Shown in pieces: positions 54,124 through 64,000 of a stretch of DNA of 64,000 nt. This DNA is from Eledone cirrhosa (taxonomy: Eukaryota), in contig OZ024742.1 of NCBI GenBank assembly GCA_964016885.1, positions 112,220,001 through 112,284,000 on the forward strand. Direction: 5' to 3'. Position numbers and translations under genes: made by a program. The number at the start of each line of letters is the position of its first letter. Positions within the stretch are counted from its first letter, which is position 1. The notes beneath the pieces are model-generated. The model made no database searches, had not been told where the DNA came from, and was given only the letters and a program-made list of their open reading frames with translations.

Positions 54124-55094
54124 GGTGCGGGTGAAAGAACTTGAGCTTAACGGAAATGTCTGGAGACGGCGTGGTAGGGTCGGAAAGTGCTCTACTACGG
54201 GAATAGGAGCTAGATAACGAAGGACATGTGGTAAGGAACCAGGTGAACCATAACGCATCAAAGTACTCAATACTTTTCCGTGCTTTCTATATTTCTTAGT
54301 GGTATCTTTGCTTTAATTTCTCGTATATCAATATTTTTTTTTAGGGGGGGGGGGGGGTTCCGAATTAATTTTCCGTATCAAAATTTACATATACTTCGTA
54401 CGAGCATTTATGTAGTTTGCACTAGAATTTTTGTATCGTGGCGGCACTCTTAGAGATAGTATTAGTATTCTTTTTCGGGATTCTGAATTATTAATTCGTA
54501 TTAGTTTTTTTTTTTTTTGCACTGGGTGGTTGCTGGCCTTGTGCCAGGGGTAGAAACCTTTATTTCGTACTGGTCTCGGGACTCTGAATTATTATTTAGT
54601 GGTAGATTATTTAGTATTTTGGCCCCCCACTTTTTGACCCGTCACCGTAAGATATATTCGGTTGTTTACTTATACCTCTTAAAAGGGTCTCATTATAATT
54701 CCGTCCCACCTAGTAACCCTTTCTTTAGTCTAGCAGTACCAGTGAGAGACTTGATAGCTGTCCTTAGGTTATAGTAACCAGAAATTGTTTTTTTTGTTTT
54801 CGTTTTACATTTAATTGTTTTTTAACACTCACGGTATTTTTCTATATATTTACCCCATATTGTTTCACTTATTGTTTCGACTACCTCCCCCTCCCCCTCC
54901 CCCTCCCTAGTATCTTCTTTGACCTCCTGCCCAGCTGCAGATGGCACTATCAACGCATGACTGGGTTTCCTCCACCCCCTCTCCCCCTTTCTTCTGCTGG
55001 CAGGTTCAGCTACCCCTCCCTCCACAAATTGCCATGATAGAATTATTATGTCTCAACAACAAACTTTTGACCAATCCTTGTGACAATCAGTTTT

Positions 55095-55190
55095 ACCCCT
55101 TGAGAAGCTCGGCTATTCTAATACCAGGATAAACATTTTCATTTAGTCCAGAATTAGCCGTCGAAACGGCTTGAGCTCAGCCGTCGGGGT
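55095..55190 (+). ncRNA. Type I hammerhead of the Naiad pseudo-LTR (U3-A8 core, GUC triplet, 6-bp stem III)
   Basis: ACCCC-TTGAGAA-G..CGGCTA TTCT...AGAA T TAGCCG..C-GAAA-CGGCT(TGAGCTC)AGCCG-TC-GGGGT; the mirror copy at ~50734-50828 (-) has a damaged core. Confidence 0.8.
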
Positions 55191-55200
55191 CCTACTCGTT

Positions 55201-55296
<96 letters not shown>

Positions 55297-55574
55297 TTTC
55301 CGTGAGAAAATTTGCTCCGAACGAACTGCCCGTGTCCGAAGGAACCTGCAGCCGTAGAATCAGCCATATCCATACAGTGATCATGTCTCGAGCTACCTGC
55401 CGGCGTAACAATTATAATACGCAATAAACTGAGTCCAGATGCGTCACTGATTTTTCATTTTTTTATACTATCAACACTCTGCTCTATATGTATATTGAAT
55501 GGTAATTTTGGCATACCACCTATGGAAGCACCATAGCTACCATTATACACAAGTATATATATATATATATATAT

Positions 55575-55931
55575 GGTAATAATAATAAATTTGAAGACTA
55601 AAATCCAAAGAGGGCTCGATAAGGATAAATATATATCAAATATATAAGAACCGTAGAGCAAATATTTATTAAAATAACAGATTAAAGTTTAAGCAAAAAA
55701 TCGCGGCTTTCACCCTTAACGGGATATTCAGAAGATCCCGTTAAGGGTGAAAGCATCGATTCTTTGCTTAAACTTTAATCTGTTATTTTAATAAATATAT
55801 AAATATATATATATATATATAACGAAGGAAAAGTGGTAAGGAACCATGTGGACCATAACGCACCAAAGTACTCAATAATTAGGGTAGCCGTCGAAAAGGC
55901 TTGAGCTCAGCCGTCGGTGTCCTACTCGTTC

Positions 55932-55935
<4 letters not shown>
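55575..55935. mobile_element. Family C palindrome + (TA)n + Naiad pseudo-LTR end composite
   Basis: 55662-55725 is inverted vs 55735-55799; AACGAAGGAAAAGTGG.. from 55821. Confidence 0.8.
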
Positions 55936-56017
<82 letters not shown>

Positions 56018-56021
<4 letters not shown>

Positions 56022-56603
56022 TAGTATATCTACCAACATATGCCTACAGATGTACACTAATGCTAGCAAATACATAAGTTATGTCATAGTACCTAGGTGG
56101 TTCAATGCAGGAGGATGCAGAACAATAATATGAAAGGCGTAAAATAAGAAAATAAAAAAAAAATAATATAACCATCGATAATTCATTACGTCATCAGGGA
56201 TTCTATTCTCAGTTAAGTCTCCAGGCAATGCGCGGACACTGGGGACTCATATAAAAATAATAATAATTCGGTGGATGGAACAGCTAGCGGGGACTGGATT
56301 CCATGCACTGTGATTCTTTAGAATCTCCCATTTGACCAGAGACAGCAAACTTTTTCAGTGCATGGAATCCAGTCCCCGCTAGCTGTTCCATCCACCGAAT
56401 TATTATTATTTTTATATGAGTCCCCAGTGTCCGCGCATTGCCTGGAGACTTAGCTGAGAATAGACTTACTGATGACGTAATGAATTCTCGATGGTTATAT
56501 TATGTAACTATCTTTATCCTATTACAGAAACTAATTAGTTGGAGTGAAAATTTTAGTAAGTTAATTTTTAATTTTTTTTAAATTTTCTTATTTTACGCCT
56601 TTC

Positions 56604-56608
<5 letters not shown>
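56018..56608. mobile_element. Diverged family B element as a fold-back, HHR at 56464-56545 (+)
   Basis: Arms ~56165-56310 and ~56356-56500 are inverted; ACTTA-CTGATGA-C GTAAT...ATTAC A-GAAA-CTAATTAG-TT-GGAGT. Confidence 0.78.
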
Positions 56609-56658
<50 letters not shown>

Positions 56659-57166
56659 AATGCATACATACATACATGTAGATACATACCCACACATTTT
56701 CATACATACAGATACACTTATACAAGTAGAAACGGCAAGTAGGCAAATAATCCTTACATAACCTCAGTGTTATAACACGATATGTATGTGTGTGTGTGTG
56801 TGTGTCTGTGTGTTGTGTGTGTGTGTGTGTGTGTGTATGTGTGTGTGTTTAGGCATCTGTTGACAAGGTTTGAAGCTTTGAGTGTGTATACATATTCGTA
56901 AAATCGGAGCTTGACACTATGTGCATAGAAAATATTTTTTGTGGGGGATGGGGCCTTTAATATATATCCACAAATCGAACGAAGTGTAGGGGAGAGGAGA
57001 AAAATGGGGACGAAAATAATGGAGCAGTCTTGCATATGGTATCCAATAGTTTACGGCTACCACTCGCACTGAGAATACTCCAAGTTTGGGTATATATACA
57101 TACAAACATACATACGTTCACACAGATATATATATATATTTATTTTTTATCGATATTTGTGGGGCA

Positions 57167-57288
57167 TCCACTGATGATTTATAAGTGCCCACCTACATAT
57201 ATTACTATGGACTATGTGTAGGCTTCTACATAACCTGGACATTATTTTCCAAATTTGTAGAAAACTTATTATGAAACGATCGTTTGGA
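57167..57288 (+). ncRNA. Type I hammerhead with branched 95-nt stem II
   Basis: TCCA-CTGATGA-..ATAAGT [CCTACATAT/ATGTGTAGG] [TTCTACA/TGTAGAA] ACTTAT..-GAAA-CGATCG-TT-TGGA. Confidence 0.7.
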
Positions 57289-57461
57289 ATGAGTGATGTA
57301 TTTTAATTATATCTCATATAAAATAATATAACTGGCTATCCGCAAAATACGTATAGTTAGCACCCCAAACGTATAATTGGAATTATACTAAGGTATATCC
57401 TAATGTTTGTTGAGTGAGACGGAAGCCGGCGGAGTATTGCTTAAAGTTTTCTCTGTTACTG

Positions 57462-57532
<71 letters not shown>

Positions 57533-58667
57533 CGCGCGTGTGTCTGTGTGTGTCTGTATTATATATGTATATTCACGTGTCAGATTACATTATCAGAAAC
57601 ATTGGGCTATGATATCTAGTAGTTATGAAAGAAAGCCATAAATTGGTTTAACTGCTGTAATCAATCAATCAATAAACTTGTTAAACGGACAATATGTATC
57701 CCCTGTGCATATGTAAAAGATGTACTTTGACTTCGCTTAGGATACTACTTCATTTTTTTTAAATGTTCCTGTTTTTGGAAATGTTTCTACAATACATATT
57801 ATCCTCCTACATGGCTGAAGTCGTTATGAATAATTCCAGCGCATGTGACGTTAAAAAGATACACTCTACTTTCTGTCATTAGATGTCAATAGTACTTTAA
57901 ACTTCTATATATTAATGCACGATTTATTTGTGGCTATATGATTAGATAACCTTTTTAATTACCATTTTGTCTAGGCAGGTGTTTACCTATGGTCCTCGTA
58001 TATTTGATTTTTATTGAACTGCTCTTCTCTGCACTGATAGCCCACAACATTCCCTCCTATCATGTCTGTTTTGTCCCTCCCTTCTTTCTCTCTCTCTAAA
58101 TACATCTCTCTTTTCTTGTTTTTTTTTCTATACACTCACAAACACGCACACACTTATATGTATATATACAATAGAATTGGAAATTGAATTGGAAAATATA
58201 ATTGGAGTTCATATAGAGAATTATTTACAATATAACTGTATCGGCTTCACTAGTTTTAGGATGTTCAATGGTTTCGGGGGATGATAAGATGTGTGGCTAT
58301 GCAGATTTGTATCTCGCATATAACTGATGATGAGAATTTATTTCAGTTTAAAGCCAAAAATGAAGCTAAGATTGATATATATTTGAAGTACATTTGGAAA
58401 GGTTTGGAAAAAACACGGGATCAGGCATCGACATTTTTGTAGTTTCGCACCAAAAATCATGAATGTCGTGTTTCATTCAGTTTTATGCGAGAAACAAGGC
58501 TCATATTTAAATCTAATTTGATAGACGGTGATGAGACCGTGATTAGTCATTGAAGTTGGTGGAACTCTCGCGCCGAAAAACGGAGTTTTTCTTATTTTAG
58601 AGAATATGGACAGTGGGAATTCATCCCTGATTTTCGTTTGCTCAATGAAGTTCTTATTATCTTTTTG

Positions 58668-59346
58668 CGAAACTACGTAGTCGAGGAATCTAGGAGCAGT
58701 TTAGGTATGATACATTTTATTACTAATTATATCTAAATGTTTCTTCTCTCTTCATAATGTGTTTTTAACTCTGATATTGGTTAAGTCTGGTTCAACCGGA
58801 TTGGTCTGTCCCAGTCATTCATTGAGCAACATCGGTGAGGTTGGCACCATTAACTCACGGTTGGGTGTGGATGCATTCATGTATATGTGTGTGTCCGCAT
58901 TTATCTGTGTGTTTCTAAATATATTGTTAATAACTCCCTCTGGTAGAGTAATCTTTGAAGTGTGGTGTCTGCTGGAAAGCTGCCATTACTCATACTTCTC
59001 TCCTCCTTCACCACCTCTTCTACGGCTTCGATATGAATACCCCCTCCGCCTCCGTGGTATTTTTTTCGGGGTTATAAGAGGCTTAGCTCTGTTTCTCGAC
59101 CGTTATATCGCGTGACTATCTCCCCCTCCGCCTTTTAGGATTCTTTCTCACGTCGTGTAGACGCGTTCTTGAGGCTAGTAAAATGAGGTATCCTCTTGAT
59201 AAGTCGGCAGACCTCGCAAGGACTCTATATCTTTATGATGTATTGTTTTTGTTTATGCCACGAAACTATGTAGTCGAGGAATTTAGGAGCAGTTTAGGTA
59301 TGATACATTTTATTACTAATTATATCTAAATGTTTCTTCTCTCTTC

Positions 59347-59350
<4 letters not shown>
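58668..59350 (+). mobile_element. ORF-less partial tandem (593-nt period) with HHR
   Basis: 58668-58758 is directly repeated at 59261-59351; ends in (TA)n. Confidence 0.75.
59191..59280 (+). ncRNA. Type I hammerhead (U3-A8 core, GUC triplet)
   Basis: TCCTC-TTGATAA-GT(C)GGCA...TGCCAC-GAAA-CTATGTAG-TC-GAGGA; the upstream half-copy has the perfect palindrome CTACGTAG. Confidence 0.78.
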
Positions 59351-59408
<58 letters not shown>

Positions 59409-59450
59409 TATATATATATATAAATATATATATATATAAATATATATATT

Positions 59451-59486
<36 letters not shown>

Positions 59487-60068
59487 TGTATATAATAAAA
59501 GTATGTGTCCCATATATAATTAATACATACAGGGATACACGTATAGTCCGTATGCCAGTGTGGATCGATAGCAGGTGAATAAATTAACAAGCCAGAATAT
59601 ATAAAATCAAGTCAGTTTAAACACAGAAAATATCTAAAAAAATAATAATAGATAATTAAATTACAAAAGTTCACTGTACTTACTATATGTGCCTTTACCG
59701 CGGTTTCAGATCCCAAATAAATAGACAATGCAAGTGGATTTCTATTGAGAAAGGAATTGTGTGAGGGGAAAGCTACCGCTTGAGCCACGATCATTTACTC
59801 ACCACATATCTAAGCCAAACATGCTCTTGATTTGGCAGCTGCCCAGAGATCTCATTATCGTGAAACTCATTGCTTCTTTTAAAGGTTAGAATGGAGGAAT
59901 CTAAGTAAAGAACTATAGGAAATCATCAACATTTAATGGAAGATTACGGCAGTAACTTTAGGAGAGCAGGAGCTACATCACAATGGACTTTGGGTGCAGA
60001 TGGCTAAAGTTATTTTTCTATAGGAAGTCATACTAAACTCAGTCTATTACGAGAGGGATCAGATTCTA

Positions 60069-60280
60069 TCGTAAGGGACCAGATTCGCTAAGGTGAAAAG
60101 AATACTAACTACAGACAATAGGGTTTACCAGACAATAGGGTTTGCCAGACCTGGTAATTGGTAGCTACCAACATTCTGGTTGTATTTATTTTTCTTGATT
60201 TATACTTAAATTGAGTCTGGCAAACCCTATTGTCTGTAGTTAATATTCTTTACACATTAGCGAATCTGGTTCCTTACGAA
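60069..60280. repeat. Inverted repeat, ~65-80-bp arms
   Basis: TCGTAAGGGACCAGATTCGCTAA..GGGTTTGCCAGAC vs GTCTGGCAAACCC..TTAGCGAATCTGGTTCCTTACGA. Confidence 0.85.
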
Positions 60281-60386
60281 TTGAACACATATATGTATAT
60301 GTCTGTGTTAAAAACCCATTTCCTAGAGCTAATTTATTGTAAAATACTATTATGAGTTTCTAACACAATACATGCCTTTGATATAT

Positions 60387-60521
<135 letters not shown>

Positions 60522-61202
60522 TGTTGCCTCGTATGAGGTGACACCATAATGTGTGTGTGTGTGAATGTGTTTGAAAGATTCATTAAAACAAAACAATCAT
60601 AAAACTTCCTTATTAGGCTGGGGGGAGTTCACTGCCGGTTAAATGGTCCCATTGGCCTTGGATTTTAAATCTGAAATAACCATAGTCAGTATGAACTTTT
60701 GTATCTTCAAAGGACGTCATCTGAAATATAACATAACGCATAACATTGCTTCTGAAGTGTTTATCTTCGTTAGTACGGTCTGTAAGTAATATATGGATAA
60801 AAACTGAAGGGTAAATCAATTTCAAATAGTATTAACTTTTCTTTGTTCTGTAAAATCAAAGACTAAAACGACTTTATGAAAGCTAACGTAATATTGTTAA
60901 ACCTTCCAATATCAAAGGATCTATAGTTTAAGCTGTTTCTAGATTTTCGTGGGATATATCTCTCTCTGCATATCTAACACTTTAATTGTATCTCTCTCTG
61001 TAAACGGCCTATCTCTCTCTTTCTGCTTCTCCCTCTGTGTTTCTCTCTGTAAACGGCCTATCTCTCTCTCTTTGCCTCACCCTCTGTGTCTCTCTCTTTA
61101 GATGTGTCTATGTATTTGTATGTATGTGTGCACGTGTGTGTGTAGTTTTCGTGTGATTTAACCAAACAACCAGCCATCCTACCAACCAATAAACATTTCT
61201 TT

Positions 61203-61425
<223 letters not shown>

Positions 61426-63079
61426 TGTCTGTGTTTGTGTGTGTGTGTGCGAGAGTGAGAGAGAGAGAAATAGAGAGAGAGATATGCAGAGAGGCAAAGT
61501 AGCGACAGGCAGTTTCGCATTGTAACTCCGTCAACCTCCTTCAGGGAACATTTCCTGGAATAGTTTTGGGGAGGTTACAACATAACACTGCTTCAAATCT
61601 TGGTGGGACATTTGCATATTGAAATGATGATTCATCATTCATTGAAAATATCTCAGATTTTTCTCGTTCCGGTTTCATCCTCCAAACACTCCAGAGACAC
61701 ATTCACACAAACACATATACATCTATATGCATGTGTGTCTGGGTGTGTGTGTTTGTAGTTTTAATGTTTGGGGAAATGTGAATGTAATTGTATGTGCAAC
61801 TGTGTGTCTTGTATTTTGAAATCCTGCTGCATTCTGCACGATAGTTCACGTATTAAATACTATACACATATTAAAACATTATTCACCTCAAATAATCTCA
61901 ACATCATTTTTAAAGGAAGTTACGTTATTTAACGTTCCCATTGATAAACACAGAGATGTAGGTTTCCTCCGAATATTATATTCCATCGCCTATTCAGCAG
62001 TTATTGGATTGTAAATAACTTTAGATCTTATATCTTTTATTGATTATTTAAATACAGCGACTCATGAAATGCATTTCTGATTCGTTCATGTAAGTATTTG
62101 ATTTGATTTCCGGGTAATGACTGATTTCTCGATAAACGATATTATCATTAGAGGAAATACATTGGAGATATATATCAGGATTATTTAACTAAATATTTAT
62201 TTTTATTTTTATCCATATTGACTATCTCTCAACATCGCTTTCTACACATTTTAGTAGGAATGCTATAATATTCCATTGACACTTTAAGTTATAATAGTAC
62301 GGGTTGAAGACCGATTATAACTGTTGTGTAATTAGCAACATTTTCATTAGCTCTTTAAGAGTCATTTTCATTTGCTGAGAGGAAATATCATCGTTCACTT
62401 CTTACAGATGATTCTCATATATGAATGATTATATTCTTTCGCTTTTATACTTTATTACTAGTTTTATTTTCAGCTTTCTACAAAAATATTTTCCGGCGGT
62501 TATAGGTTATAGGTGAAAGCCTTAATAATGATAATGCATAAGGCATTCTAAGCAATATAAAAAGATTATGACAATGCGGAGTCGCAATTGAAACCTTGTG
62601 AATTATTTATTCATGTATAATGAGACCATGTATTCTTTTTCAAATATTCATTAGAGTCTGATCAGGAACAATTAGTTTCATCTTTGTTCATCGTTATTTC
62701 AATTTACTCCATTCAAATCAATACTTTCATATCAAATGTTCTCATTACGTCTTACCTTCCGGTCGTCTCATTAAATTTTTCCAATCTCTTGCGACCAAGG
62801 GAACAATAGCTATATTTAAGACATCTACTTATCTTAAGAAAATTAAATATCTATTGATTTATAGGTTTAACTCACTACAGCACATTAACACCATATTAGC
62901 AGGATATAATTTACTTTATCACGCTATACTTTGACTCTTTACCCTACATAATTTCCCTAATCAGGCGCAACTGATAAAATACCACAGTATTTCAATTACC
63001 GTTTGAGAACCGACATTTATTATGCATGTGATTTGCGATTCAGAATCATCTAATAGGTTTAATTACTCCTAGTTTAATA

Positions 63080-63129
63080 ATCATTACCATCACAATTGTC
63101 ATCATGGTCATCATCCTGATCATCGTTAT

Positions 63130-63175
<46 letters not shown>

Positions 63176-63255
63176 TTCATCATCATCATCATCATCGTCA
63201 TCATCATTATCTTCATCACCATCGTCCTCCTCATCATCAACAAGTTCATCCTCAA
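63080..63255. repeat. (CAT)n trinucleotide microsatellite
   Basis: Direct inspection. Confidence 0.95.
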
Positions 63256-64000
63256 TAACAGAATTAGCAGTATCGCCATCACCAATACGAATACTCAATC
63301 GACATGAATGAGAGAAATCCATGGTTTAAAGCCTAAAAATTACTGTTAATTAATTTAAAGTGTCGCAGGACGTGTATTATGTTTACACATACAAGACCAT
63401 TTGATTTCTATTCAATATTATTTCCGGGCCTGAACAATTTCTGAATCTATATTTGTATCTGCCACTTTCTGAGATCAAATTAAGCAAACTTTTTCAGCCC
63501 ATTGACATATGACACCTTCCAAAAGTGGCATGCTGAGGATTGCTCTCATGTGTTCAATGTCGGTTTGGGATAAACTATGCAAGGATTGTAGTAATGTTAA
63601 GTAAACATCTCCAGGTTGCGTGGAAAGGGCTGCGGTTGTTCAGCAGTTGATTGTCCACTGTCAGTATATAATTGATATATGAAGTTTTCACTAAAAGCAG
63701 TTGTCGTTAAAAGAATGATTCCAGCGTAAAGACATTGGCACTGACGTTTCTTAGACAAGAAGTGCAAGTGAATTTCATAGAGCAATTGTTGCATTATTCT
63801 ATGATAGAAATGCTTGAGAGAACGGAAGCGTTAATTGTATCGGAGTTGGCTTTGTCAAGTAGTAGTGGTTCCAAGTCGAACTGCTGCTGTCAATAAGAAA
63901 GATTATATGAAGTTGGAAAAATGTGTCATAGATGCTAAACAGAGAATGATGATTATAAGAGGTGGACGTAATGAAAAGAGTTGTTAGAAAGAATATCCTT

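Larger units (their letters stand above)
50641..55205 (-). mobile_element. Naiad-type PLE, full length with ~1-kb 3' pseudo-LTR, short direct 5' repeat and inverted 5' pseudo-LTR
   Basis: 50641-50700 directly repeated at 54216-54275; 54275-55205 is the reverse complement of ~50719-51677; flanked by (TA)n. Confidence 0.92.

Noticed and set aside
58300-58560. Possible old mariner remnant (LIDGDET)
   Set aside because: Only one short motif and no TIRs.
59690-59760. Minus-strand GAAA-CCGCGG-TA-AAGGC hammerhead half
   Set aside because: No recognisable 5' core; at most a decayed remnant.
63046-63322. Poly-Asp/poly-Met/poly-Ile ORFs
   Set aside because: (CAT)n microsatellite.
63480-64000. Possible coding remnant at the window end
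   Set aside because: Stops in all frames and no recognisable domain.

Overview
AT-rich, microsatellite-saturated eukaryotic DNA. It is most likely cephalopod (Octopus-like), inferred from a tRNA-derived SINE I recognise from octopus genomes and from the (TA)n/(CA)n load. No intact protein-coding gene is evident; most ORF-track entries are microsatellite translations. The window is mostly decayed transposons: one Neptune-type and two Naiad-type Penelope-like elements (PLEs), an R4/Dong-type LINE next to (TAA)n, a near-full RTE LINE plus an RTE fragment, an internally deleted mariner, a non-autonomous hAT with 8-bp TSD, Helitrons, SINEs and a U6 pseudogene abutting a SINE. The main signal is an unusually dense and diverse set of type I hammerhead ribozyme (HHR) motifs, about a dozen sequence families and about 25 copies, found by eye. 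They include recurrent core variants (U3-A8 swap, U4A) and long or branched stem II. Three ORF-less families occur as head-to-tail units of about 410, 530 and 593 nt with one HHR per unit. This is the architecture of non-LTR retrozymes or circular-RNA-derived non-autonomous PLE parasites, and they sit next to the PLEs that could mobilise them. All structures were folded manually and no activity is demonstrated; element boundaries are approximate unless TSD/TIR coordinates are given.
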